Positions 18,877 through 27,081 of a stretch of 32,000 nucleotides of DNA are shown piece by piece (within the stretch, counting starts at the first letter, position 1; each line of letters starts with the position of its first letter). The DNA is from Longivirga aurantiaca (GTDB taxonomy: Bacteria; Actinomycetota; Actinomycetes; S36-B12; CAIYMF01): positions 60,001-92,000 of the forward strand of contig NZ_JBHSTI010000008.1 of assembly GCF_042660085.1 (NCBI RefSeq), in the 5' to 3' direction. Made by a program: the position numbers and the translations under genes. The notes under the pieces are model-generated. The model worked only from the letters and a program-made list of their open reading frames with translations. It had not been told where the DNA came from and did no database searches.

Positions 18877-20336
18877 GCGAGCAGGACCCGCTCTCGTTCG
18901 AGGTCTTCAAGCCTGGTCGCCCCGACGAGCAGGGGCGCCGCAAGGTGCACCCGCTCACCCCCTTGATCCAGGCTGTGCGCTGGTGGCCGGCGGTGCTCGT
19001 CGCCGTCGTGGCCATGCCGGGGCAGATGGATGTGAGCGTCGGTGGCGGCGCCGTGGCGATCGGCGGTGGCGTGCTGATCCTCATCACCTCGCTCGCCATC
19101 GGCTGGAACTACCTCGCATGGCAGCGGCTGTCGTTCTGGTTCGACGACGACGGCGACCTCCGCGTGCAGAGCGGCGTGCTCACCAAGCAGGAGCGGCGGC
19201 TGCAGGTGTCGCGGCTGCAGTCGGTCGACGTGCTGCAGCCGCTGCTCGCGCGGCTCGCCGGTCTCGCCGAGGTGCGCATCGAGGTGGCAGGAGCCGGCGA
19301 CTCGCGGCAGAGCCTGCAGTTCCTCACGCTGGCCGACGCCAACGCCCTGCGCAACGAGGTGATCGCGCGCTCGGCCGGCGTACGCCATGACGCCGAGGAG
19401 GCCCCCGAGACGCTGCTCGCGAAGGTGCCTCCGGGCGACCTCGTGCTGTCGCTGGTGCTGCGCCTCGAGACGGCGATGCTGCTCCTGCTGACGGCGCTCC
19501 TCGTCACGGTCACGCTGAGCACGGCGGGCCCTGCCGGCCTGGTGTTCGTGCTCATCGGCGGTGTGCCGATCTTCAGCGTGTTCGCGCAGTTCTCGCGCTA
19601 CTACGACTTCACCGTGGCCGAGTCCCCGGACGGCCTGCGGCTGCGGCACGGGCTGCTGCAGCGCACGCGGCAGACCGTCCCGCCGGGCCGCGTGCAGGCG
19701 GTGGGCTTCGTGCAGCCGATCCTGTGGCGCAAGCGCAACTGGGTGCGCGTGCGGCTGAACATCGCGGGGGCGGCGTCCGGCTCGCAGGGCAGCGGCGACC
19801 AGTCGTACACCGAGAACGTGCTGCTTCCGGTGGCCCCGTGGCCGGTCGCGCTCGCGATCGTCGGGCGCGTGCTGCCCGGCGTCGACATCATGTCGATCCC
19901 GCTGATCCCCGCGCCCGAACGCTCGCAGAAGCGCGCCTGGATCCAGTGGCGCCAGCTCGGCCTGGGCTGGAACGACGAGGTCTTCGTGTCCCGCGGCGGC
20001 CGCATCACCCAGCACTGGGAGGTCGTGCCGCACGCGCGCACGCAGTCGGTGCGTGTCACGCAGGGCCCCTGGCAGCGCTCGCTCGGGCTCGCCTCGCTGC
20101 ACATCGACTCGACCCCGGGCGCGGTGAAGATCACGGCGCACCACCGTGATGCGGGAGAGGTACGCCGCATCGCCCAGGAGCAGGCCGATCGCGCTGCCGT
20201 GGCGCGCGCCGCAGACCGGTCGCTGCGCTGGGCCGCGCCCACCGATGCCGCCGCGCCGTCGGACGAGGAACCGCCGGCTCGGGACGAGGTCTCGAGCGGC
20301 ACCACGGTCCTGCCCGCTGCCGACCCCGGCGACTGA
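18873..20336 (+). CDS. PH domain (bPH2/DUF304) membrane protein, YdbT-like
   Basis: GTG start with 4-bp overlap to the upstream gene. Repeated modules: FDDDGDLRVQSGVLTKQERRLQVSRLQSVDVLQPLLARLAGLAEVRIEVAG and ESPDGLRLRHGLLQRTRQTVPPGRVQAVGFVQP. Confidence 0.88.
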   Translation: MSEQDPLSFEVFKPGRPDEQGRRKVHPLTPLIQAVRWWPAVLVAVVAMPGQMDVSVGGGAVAIGGGVLILITSLAIGWNYLAWQRLSFWFDDDGDLRVQSGVLTKQERRLQVSRLQSVDVLQPLLARLAGLAEVRIEVAGAGDSRQSLQFLTLADANALRNEVIARSAGVRHDAEEAPETLLAKVPPGDLVLSLVLRLETAMLLLLTALLVTVTLSTAGPAGLVFVLIGGVPIFSVFAQFSRYYDFTVAESPDGLRLRHGLLQRTRQTVPPGRVQAVGFVQPILWRKRNWVRVRLNIAGAASGSQGSGDQSYTENVLLPVAPWPVALAIVGRVLPGVDIMSIPLIPAPERSQKRAWIQWRQLGLGWNDEVFVSRGGRITQHWEVVPHARTQSVRVTQGPWQRSLGLASLHIDSTPGAVKITAHHRDAGEVRRIAQEQADRAAVARAADRSLRWAAPTDAAAPSDEEPPARDEVSSGTTVLPAADPGD

Positions 20337-20339
20337 GGA

Positions 20340-21281
20340 TCAGTTCTCGACCGATCCGGCGAGCAGCCCCCTGACGAAGTAGCGCTGCAGCACGAAGAAC
20401 AGGGTCAGGGGCACGACCAGCGCGACGAACGCACCCGCCGTCAGCAGGTGCTCCTGCTGGCCGTAGCCGCCCTTCAGGACGGCGAGGTAGGCCGTGACCG
20501 GAGCGACGTCCGGCGAACCGGTCGAGAACGTGATGGCCACGATGAGGTCGTTCCAGATCCAGAGGAACTCGAAGATCGCCAGCGAGGCGAGCATCGGCGT
20601 AGCCAGCGGCAGGACGAGGCGGCGGAAGATCTGCACGTGCGCGGCGCCGTCCACCCTCGCGGCGTCGAACAGCTCGCGCGGCAGCCGCGCGACGGTGCCG
20701 TAGAGCAGGAACACCATGAGCGGCAGCACGAGCATGAGGTGCGTGATCCAGAGCGGCACGTAGGTGCCGGCGAGGTACGACGTCCCTGTGGAGGGGTCCA
20801 CGATCCGGGGCAGGATCGGGATGGGCCCGAGCGACCACCCCTGCCCGAAGAGCGCGGACAGCGGCACCAGCGCCATCTGCACCGGAACCACCTGCAGGGC
20901 GACGATGCCCGCCAGGACGAGGCGCGATCCTCGGAAGGGCAGCCACACCAGCGCGTAGGCCGCCATGCACGCGAGCACCAGGCCGATCACCACCACCGGC
21001 AGCGCGATCACGACGGAGTTGACCAGGTACGGCGTGATCCCGGTCGGCAGCGTCTCGCCGCCGGACAGCACCTCCTGGTAGTTCTCGGTGGTGAAGGTCC
21101 AGTCCTGGAACGCGACCCACCACCCGCTGTAGGCGGACTTCTCGCTCGGTCGCAGCGACGTCACCAGCAGGCCGAACGTCGGGATGGTCCACACCACGGT
21201 GAGCGCGACCACGGCCGCAGCCGCCCACGGGCTCGCCGCACGCCCAGGGCCGCGGGGCGACAGGCTGCGACGTCGGCTCAC
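20340..21281 (-). CDS. Carbohydrate ABC transporter permease (MalG-type)
   Basis: Likely GTG start at 21281 (VSRRRSLSPRG). SLRPSEKSAYSGWW, NSVVIALPVVVIGLVLACMAAYAL, EAA-loop-like region RELFDAARVDGAAHVQIFRRLVLPLATPMLASL, C-terminal LQRYFVRGLLAGSVEN. Confidence 0.9.
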   Translation of the reverse strand: MSRRRSLSPRGPGRAASPWAAAAVVALTVVWTIPTFGLLVTSLRPSEKSAYSGWWVAFQDWTFTTENYQEVLSGGETLPTGITPYLVNSVVIALPVVVIGLVLACMAAYALVWLPFRGSRLVLAGIVALQVVPVQMALVPLSALFGQGWSLGPIPILPRIVDPSTGTSYLAGTYVPLWITHLMLVLPLMVFLLYGTVARLPRELFDAARVDGAAHVQIFRRLVLPLATPMLASLAIFEFLWIWNDLIVAITFSTGSPDVAPVTAYLAVLKGGYGQQEHLLTAGAFVALVVPLTLFFVLQRYFVRGLLAGSVEN

Positions 21282-21391
21282 AGGCACACTCTGGAGCGTC
21301 CCCGCCCGCCGGACCGTGCATTCCCGAGTGTTCCCGGGCTGGGATCGCCCGACGGGCTCGAGGGAGGCCCCGCTCGGACGCGACGAGGCGA

Positions 21392-21595
21392 TCAGGTCTC
21401 GCTGGCGTCGGACGCCGAGAGCGCCTCCTGCCAGACGCGGGACGCCTCGTCCTGACCGAGCTTGGCGACGGCGAGCCGCCACAGCTCGCGGAGCTCGGCA
21501 CGGTCCGCCCGGGCGACCTCGGTGAGGAACCAGGCGTACGAGTGCTCGGGCGGCTGCCCGCCGTCGTCGGTCCACCGTGCGGTGTCGTCGCCCAT
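21392..21595 (-). CDS. Small hypothetical protein (67 aa)
   Basis: MGDDTARWTDDGGQPPEHSYAWFLTEVARADRAELRELWRLAVAKLGQDEASRVWQEALSASDASET; ATG at 21595 within the open frame 21392..22057. Confidence 0.5.
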   Translation of the reverse strand: MGDDTARWTDDGGQPPEHSYAWFLTEVARADRAELRELWRLAVAKLGQDEASRVWQEALSASDASET

Positions 21596-21675
21596 GTCAG
21601 CCCCTGCCGTCGCTTCCACCGTACGTCGGCGCCGACGGACGGGCCAGGGAGCAGGGGGCCGATCGTAGAGCGGGC

Positions 21676-22032
21676 TCAGCCGTCGAGCGGCTGCCAGAGC
21701 TCGAACCGGTTGCCCTCGGGATCGACGGCGTACCCGAACCGGCCGTAGCTCTCGTCGATGACGTCGTCCTCGACCGTCGCGCCGGCCGCCCGCAGCTGGG
21801 CGAGCATCGCGTCGAGGTCGGTGACGCGGAAGTTGAGCATCGTCTGCTGCTCGCGCCGTCCGAAGTAGTCGGTGTCGGCCGGGAAGGGTGCGAAGACGGT
21901 CATGCCCGCCTCCTGCTCCCACGGTGCGCCGCCCACCCCGGCGATGCCGAGGTTGGCCTCGTACCAGGAAGTCAGGGCCTCCGGGTCCGCGGCGCGGAAG
22001 AAGTAGCCCCCGATGCCCGAGACGCGTTCCAT
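21676..22032 (-). CDS. VOC (glyoxalase/bleomycin-resistance-like) family protein
   Basis: GIGGYFFRAADPEALTSWYEANLGI, LNFRVTDLDAMLAQLRAAGATV, DESYGRFGYAVDPEGNRFELWQP. Confidence 0.9.
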   Translation of the reverse strand: MERVSGIGGYFFRAADPEALTSWYEANLGIAGVGGAPWEQEAGMTVFAPFPADTDYFGRREQQTMLNFRVTDLDAMLAQLRAAGATVEDDVIDESYGRFGYAVDPEGNRFELWQPLDG

Positions 22033-22259
22033 GCCGCCGAATATCGCACGCCGGCACCGGATGCGGTCCCGGTTCACCGAACGTTCACCACTGACGCTGT
22101 GCGGTCGGCGAGCGCCGCACGGGTGTGGATCTGGTGACCGGGCGGCTGCCCCGAGCGCCCGGGTGCGGGTGCTGTGGACGACACGCCGTAGGTGCTGACC
22201 TGTGGATGGGAATCGCCGAAAGTCGTTGGGATTGTTGGGCTTCAGGGGTTGTATGTTTG

Positions 22260-22275
22260 TAGAACATGTGTACGA
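22260..22275. promoter_or_regulatory. Candidate LexA/SOS-box-like palindrome overlapping a putative promoter
   Basis: TaGAAC-ATGT-GTaCGA compared with actinobacterial TCGAAC-N4-GTTCGA (10 of 12 defined positions); sits between TTGTAT (22249-22254, -35-like) and TACGAT (22271-22276, -10-like). Confidence 0.4.
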
Positions 22276-23861
22276 TTAGATTCTTGAGCACCGCCACCCT
22301 CCCTCCCGTCGCCGACCTGGTCGGTGACGTTCGCGAGGTCCGTGCGGTGCTGGGTCGGATCGGTGCTGCGGTCGCTGCGGGGGAGCATCGCCGTGTCTCG
22401 GCAGTTCGGTGCGCCGGGCTGACCGCCGAGCTGCTGGGCGCGCTGTCGGTGGGGCAGGCCGCTGTGGCCGGGCTCGGCAAGCGGGCGGACGACTCCAAGG
22501 AGCTCCGCGCCCAGGGCTTCGCGTCGCTGCATGCCTACCTCCTGGCCGGCGTCGGCCTGTCCAAGGGTCATGCGTCGGCCGTGGTCGGCCAGGGTCGCGC
22601 CCTCGAGCGCTACCCCGACGTGCGAGCGGCCGTGCTCGCCGGCGAGATCTGCGTCGACGCCGCCCAGGCCGTCACCGAGGCGGTCGACCGCGCGGTCGCC
22701 GACGTCGAGAAGGCCGATCGCGCCGATGCTCGGGCGGCGGGCGAGGCGATCATGCTGCCGCTGGCCCGAACGCTTCCTGTCGCGGATGTGGTCGCGGCGG
22801 GGAAGAGGCTGCTCGACGCGCTCGACCCCGAGTCCGCTGCCCGCAAGGCCTTGGAGTCGTTCGAGAAGGCGCGGCTGCGGTGCGCGCAGGTCGGCGACCA
22901 GTACGTCATCCACGGCACCGTCCCCATCGAGACCGGGGTCGCATTCGTGACGATCCTCGAGCGGCTCGTCGACCAGCGCTACCGGTCCGGGTCGCTGCGG
23001 GAGGACGAGCAGCCCACCGGTGACGATGCCGAGGACACGCGCCGGCGCCGTCACGCCCGCGACCGGCTGTGGGCGGAGGCGTTCGACGAGCTCGTGCGTG
23101 GGCTGCTCGGCAACCCCGAGCTCGCGGGCCTCGGCACCCTGCACGGCGCATCGCCGCACGTCACGATCATCGCCGAGCAGGGCGCGCTCGACTCCGGCCT
23201 CGGCGGCGAGATCGTCGCTCCTTGCGCCGACGCCCCGATCCCTGTCCCCGCGCAGACCGTCGAGCGGATCCTGTGCAACGCTCGGGTCACCGAGATCGTC
23301 ACCACCGGCTCGAGCCCGGACCTCTCGGGTGCGGCACTGCGGATCTCGCGCTTCCGGCGGGCGGACGACGAGACCCCGGACGGCTGCTGGATCGATCCCC
23401 GCGACGAACTGCCGCCGGTCCTCGGACTGGTCGACCTCGTGGGCATTGCAGAGCCGGCTGGCGACGGTCTGCCCAGCCCCCTCGCGCTGCTGACACGCCA
23501 GCACCACGTCTTCTGCCACGGTCGCGACTACCGCACGGCACCCCTGACCCTCCGCCGTGCGCTTGAGGCGCGCGACCGGCACTGCCGGTTCCCCGGATGC
23601 CGCGTCGACCCCAGCCGGTGCGAGGCCCACCACGTGCTCGAGTGGGAGCTCGGCGGCCCGACCTGCCTGTCGAACCTGGTGCTCCTCTGCCGGGCCCACC
23701 ACATGCTCGTCCACGAGGGCGGCTGGCGGATCGTGATCGACGACCGGCACGACGCCGGGCACCCCGACTACTTCCGATTCGACCCGCCCGAGCGAGGTCG
23801 CGGATCCCGGTACGCAGCGACCACCGCCTTCGGCCGACCACCCGACCGATCCCAGCCCTGA
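22266..23861 (+). CDS. DUF222 / HNH endonuclease domain protein (13E12-repeat-like family)
   Basis: N-terminal VADLVGDVREVRAVLG...SVGQAAVAGLGKRADDSKELRAQGFASLHAYL; C-terminal HNH: RDRHCRFPGCRVDPSRCEAHHVLEWELGGPTCLSNLVLLCRAHHMLVHEGGW. Likely true start TTG at 22284 rather than ATG 22266. Confidence 0.92.
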   Translation: MCTIRFLSTATLPPVADLVGDVREVRAVLGRIGAAVAAGEHRRVSAVRCAGLTAELLGALSVGQAAVAGLGKRADDSKELRAQGFASLHAYLLAGVGLSKGHASAVVGQGRALERYPDVRAAVLAGEICVDAAQAVTEAVDRAVADVEKADRADARAAGEAIMLPLARTLPVADVVAAGKRLLDALDPESAARKALESFEKARLRCAQVGDQYVIHGTVPIETGVAFVTILERLVDQRYRSGSLREDEQPTGDDAEDTRRRRHARDRLWAEAFDELVRGLLGNPELAGLGTLHGASPHVTIIAEQGALDSGLGGEIVAPCADAPIPVPAQTVERILCNARVTEIVTTGSSPDLSGAALRISRFRRADDETPDGCWIDPRDELPPVLGLVDLVGIAEPAGDGLPSPLALLTRQHHVFCHGRDYRTAPLTLRRALEARDRHCRFPGCRVDPSRCEAHHVLEWELGGPTCLSNLVLLCRAHHMLVHEGGWRIVIDDRHDAGHPDYFRFDPPERGRGSRYAATTAFGRPPDRSQP

Positions 23862-23960
23862 GACCCCAGCGGGGGAGCTGCGTTCTCAGGGCGCCTGCAC
23901 TGTGCCGCGCACGGCGCGGACCCTCAGCGCGATGCGCTGCCCCTCCACTCGAACCACCCA

Positions 23961-23988
23961 GCCGGGACGACGACGTCGTCATCCCGGC
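23961..23988. repeat. 28-bp near-perfect loopless palindrome
   Basis: GCCGGGACGACGAC|GTCGTCATCCCGGC, 13 of 14 symmetric positions complementary; in the gap between convergent genes ending at 23861 and 24161. Confidence 0.75.
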
Positions 23989-24058
23989 CACACGCATGTC
24001 CGAGCCTGCGCCCCCACAGCCGCCCAATATCCGGCTACTCGGCGTCGCCGCGGATGGA

Positions 24059-24110
24059 CGATTCGGTAGTGGAATCTCGCCCTCTGCCCCGACTTTCCAC
24101 TACCAAATCG
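24059..24110. repeat. Intergenic inverted repeat, diverged copy of the 11.4-kb element
   Basis: CGATTCGGTAGTGGAA (24059-24074) and TTCCACTACCAAATCG (24095-24110), 15/16 complementary; 24061-24111 aligns without gaps to 11398-11448 with about 42/51 identities. Confidence 0.82.
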
Positions 24111-24160
24111 CGCTCCGACGTGCCGATTGCGATCGGGTGGACGCGGTAGGCAGAAGCCGG

Positions 24161-25198
24161 TCAGACGTCGGTGCGGATCCACCAGAAGGCGCCGAGGCCG
24201 TTCGGGTCGATCAGCTCGGCGGTCTCCGACGACGCTGCCAGAGCGTCGAGGTACGCCGGGGGATCGCTGACCGAGAGCGCGTGGTCCGGCAGCGAGGCGT
24301 CGACCCCGAGCGAGAGCAGCGCCTCGCGCTGACGGACGACGGAGGCGCCGGCCCTGTGCGCGAGCGCGTCGACTGCGACGTGCGCTGTGAGGTTGCACGT
24401 GCCGTCGGGCACCGGCGCCACGACGTCGCCTGAGCGGTAGCCGGTGAGTGAGCCGTCCGACGGTCGCGTCTCGCGGGTGTGGCCGTAGTCGACGGCGAGG
24501 GCGATGCCGGCGTCGAGGCACGACACGACCTCCTGCCAGAGGTCGTCGCGCGGAAGGCCGATCTCGGCGCGGTCGCCCGGGGAGGCGAGCGGCCACCAGG
24601 CCGACAGCCAGGTGCGGGCGCGTGCGGCGTCGAGGCCGTGGGCCGCCCACGCGTCGTCGTCGGTGAGCGCAGGCCCGAGCGACTCGGCGCCGGACGCGTC
24701 CACGAGGACGAGTCGCGGGACGCCGGAGGAGTCCACCGAGACGATGTCGCACGGCACGTCGTCCAGCAGCTCGTGCGCCACGAGGAGGCCGCGCAGCCCA
24801 CGGGGCACGGAATCGGGCGCCCAGCCCTCGATCCAGCGGATGCGCGGGTCGAGGCCGACCGGGCGGCGGCGTACGTCGACCGCGGTGATCCGCAGCCGCG
24901 ACCCGACCGACGGCGGCAGAGCGGCCAGCACCGAGACGAGCAGCTCGCCGCGGCCGGTGCCGACGTCGACGAGGTCGAGCGGGTCCGGGCGGCCGAGCCC
25001 GGCGTCGACCGCGAGCAGCAGCCGCGCGAGCGCAGCGCCGAGCGCCGGCCCCACGTGCGCGGAGGTGCGGAAGTGCGAGGCGGGTTGCTGCGGAGCGCGC
25101 CCGTCGGCCCCGGCGTAGAACGACGACGCCGCGCGCCGCCAGGCGAGCGACCACGGCACCGCGGCCGCGGTGTCGGGTGAGTCGGGCACGGTCGGCAC
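24161..25198 (-). CDS. Class I SAM-dependent methyltransferase, MidA/NDUFAF7-like
   Basis: ASHFRTSAHVGPALGAALARLL, LDLVDVGTGRGELLVSVLAAL, GLLVAHELLDDVPCDIVSVD, GIALAVDYGHTRETRPSDGSLTGYRSG, LTAHVAVDALAHRAGA. Confidence 0.85.
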   Translation of the reverse strand: MPTVPDSPDTAAAVPWSLAWRRAASSFYAGADGRAPQQPASHFRTSAHVGPALGAALARLLLAVDAGLGRPDPLDLVDVGTGRGELLVSVLAALPPSVGSRLRITAVDVRRRPVGLDPRIRWIEGWAPDSVPRGLRGLLVAHELLDDVPCDIVSVDSSGVPRLVLVDASGAESLGPALTDDDAWAAHGLDAARARTWLSAWWPLASPGDRAEIGLPRDDLWQEVVSCLDAGIALAVDYGHTRETRPSDGSLTGYRSGDVVAPVPDGTCNLTAHVAVDALAHRAGASVVRQREALLSLGVDASLPDHALSVSDPPAYLDALAASSETAELIDPNGLGAFWWIRTDV

Positions 25199-25300
25199 AC
25201 GTGCACGCTACCGGCGTCGTTAGGCTGACAGTGTTCGGCAGAAGCACGCCCACCCAGTCAGCGACCGGTACCCGAGAGGGACCGGAACGAGAGGCCGCTC

Positions 25301-26215
25301 GTGACCGACGCAGACCCCACGCACGACGCCGCACCGCCGCGACTCTCGGTCGGCGTCGTCGGCACCGGTCGTGCGGGCGCCGTGCTCGGTGCAGCGCTCG
25401 CCCGCGCGGGTCATCCCGTGGTCGCGGCGTACGCCGTCAGCGACACGAGCAGGCTGCGCGCCGAAGCCCTCCTGCCGGGAGTGCCGCTCGTGCCCGTGGT
25501 CGATGTGCTAGCCGCCGCTGACCTCGTGCTGCTCACCGTTCCGGACGACGTGCTGCCCGGGCTCGTGGCCGGCCTGGCCGAGACGTCGTCGTTCCACGCG
25601 GGCCAGTTCGTCGCGCACGCGAGCGGCCGCCACGGCTACGGCGTGCTCGACCCCGCGACGCGCCAGGGCACCCTCCCGCTCGCGCTGCACCCGGTGATGA
25701 CGCTCACCGGCACGTCGCTCGATCTCGCGCGGCTCACGGGCTGCCCGTTCGGCGTGACGGCGCCCGACCAGCTGCGGCCGGTCGCTGAGGCGCTCGTCGT
25801 GGAGATGGGCGGCGACCCGGTGTGGGTCGAGGAGGGGAGTCGCGCGCTCTACCACGCGGCCCTCGCGCACGGCGCGAACCACCTCGTCACGCTGGTCGCG
25901 CAGACCCTCGACCTGCTGTCGTCCGCAGGTGTCGAGCACCCCGCCCGGCTCGTCGCGCCGCTGATGACTGCGGCGCTCGACAACGCGCTGCGGCAGGGTG
26001 ATGCGGCGCTTACCGGGCCCGTCGCGCGTGGTGACGCCGGTACGGTCGCTGCGCACGTCCGTGCGATCGGCGAGGTGTCGCCGGAGGCGCGGACGGCGTA
26101 CGTCGCGCTCGCGCGCGTCACGGCCGACCGCGCGCTCGCTGCTGGCACCCTGAAGGCCGCGAGCGCAGAGGCCCTGCTCGACGTGCTTGTCGGAACAGAC
26201 GAGGAGAAGCGATGA
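25301..26215 (+). CDS. Rossmann-like / DUF2520 domain protein (putative dehydrogenase)
   Basis: GTG start. SVGVVGTGRAGAVLGAALARAGHPVVAAYAVS, LVLLTVPDDVLPGLVAGLAE, HASGRHGYGVLDPA, LPLALHPVMTLTGT, YHAALAHGANHLVTLVAQ; overlaps panC by 4 bp. Confidence 0.88.
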   Translation: MTDADPTHDAAPPRLSVGVVGTGRAGAVLGAALARAGHPVVAAYAVSDTSRLRAEALLPGVPLVPVVDVLAAADLVLLTVPDDVLPGLVAGLAETSSFHAGQFVAHASGRHGYGVLDPATRQGTLPLALHPVMTLTGTSLDLARLTGCPFGVTAPDQLRPVAEALVVEMGGDPVWVEEGSRALYHAALAHGANHLVTLVAQTLDLLSSAGVEHPARLVAPLMTAALDNALRQGDAALTGPVARGDAGTVAAHVRAIGEVSPEARTAYVALARVTADRALAAGTLKAASAEALLDVLVGTDEEKR

Positions 26216-27081
26216 GCGGCGAGACGCGGGTGGTGCAGTCGCGCACCTCGCTCCGGGCCGCGTACGCCGGCCTCCCGGCCGGCACCAAGCGCGTGCTCGT
26301 GCCGACGATGGGCGCGCTGCACGACGGGCACGCCGCGCTCATGCGCGCGGGTCGGGTGCTCGCTGGCCCCGGTGGCCACGTCACGGCGTCGATCTTCGTG
26401 AACCCCACGCAGTTCGGCGCGAACGAGGACCTCGCGAGGTACCCGCGATCGCTCGAGGCCGACGTCGACGTCTGCGCGGGCGAGGGCGTCGACCTCGTCT
26501 TCGCGCCGAACGTCGAGGGCATCTACCGCGGCGGCGACCCGCTCGTCACGGTCGACCCGGGCGCGATGGGCACGCTGCTCGAAGGAGCCGTGCGTCCCGG
26601 TCACTTCCGCGGAGTGCTCACGGTGGTGCAGAAGCTGCTGCACCTCACGAGCGCAGACGTGGTGCTGCTCGGCGAGAAGGACTACCAGCAGCTCGTGCTC
26701 GTGAAGCGCATGGTCTTCGACCTCGACCTGCCGGTGGAGGTCGTCGGCGTGCCGACCGTGCGGGCCGACGACGGGCTCGCGCTGTCGAGCCGCAACGCCT
26801 ATCTCAGCGCCGACGAGCGCCACCTCGCACTCACCGTGCCGCATGCGCTCGACGTCGGGTCCGGCGTCGCACGGTCCGGCGGCACCGCGCGCGACGTCGT
26901 GTCGGCTGTGCAGTCGTTCCTCGACGAGCACGACGGCATCGTCACCGACTACGCCGTCGTCACCGACCCGATGCTAGGCGCGCCCCCCGAGCAGGGCGAG
27001 GCCCGGCTGCTGCTCGCCGTGCGCATCGGCACCACACGGTTGCTCGACAACATCCGCATCTCGATCGGCGGCCACGCGTGA
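26212..27081 (+). CDS. panC: Pantoate--beta-alanine ligase
   Basis: VPTMGALHDGHAALMRAG, SIFVNPTQFGANEDLARYPRSLEADV, RPGHFRGVLTVVQKLLH, FGEKDYQQ-like LGEKDYQQLVLVKRMV, LSSRNAYLSADER. Confidence 0.97.
   Translation: MSGETRVVQSRTSLRAAYAGLPAGTKRVLVPTMGALHDGHAALMRAGRVLAGPGGHVTASIFVNPTQFGANEDLARYPRSLEADVDVCAGEGVDLVFAPNVEGIYRGGDPLVTVDPGAMGTLLEGAVRPGHFRGVLTVVQKLLHLTSADVVLLGEKDYQQLVLVKRMVFDLDLPVEVVGVPTVRADDGLALSSRNAYLSADERHLALTVPHALDVGSGVARSGGTARDVVSAVQSFLDEHDGIVTDYAVVTDPMLGAPPEQGEARLLLAVRIGTTRLLDNIRISIGGHA

Noticed and set aside
22266-23861. DUF222/HNH gene as evidence for an intact mobile element or defence island
   Set aside because: No transposase, integrase, terminal repeats or defence partners nearby; such genes are common as singletons in actinobacteria.
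26187-27077. N-terminal extension of the 853-aa plus-strand ORF upstream of nadB
   Set aside because: Arg/Ala-rich translation overlapping panC in another frame; true nadB starts at GTG 27078.
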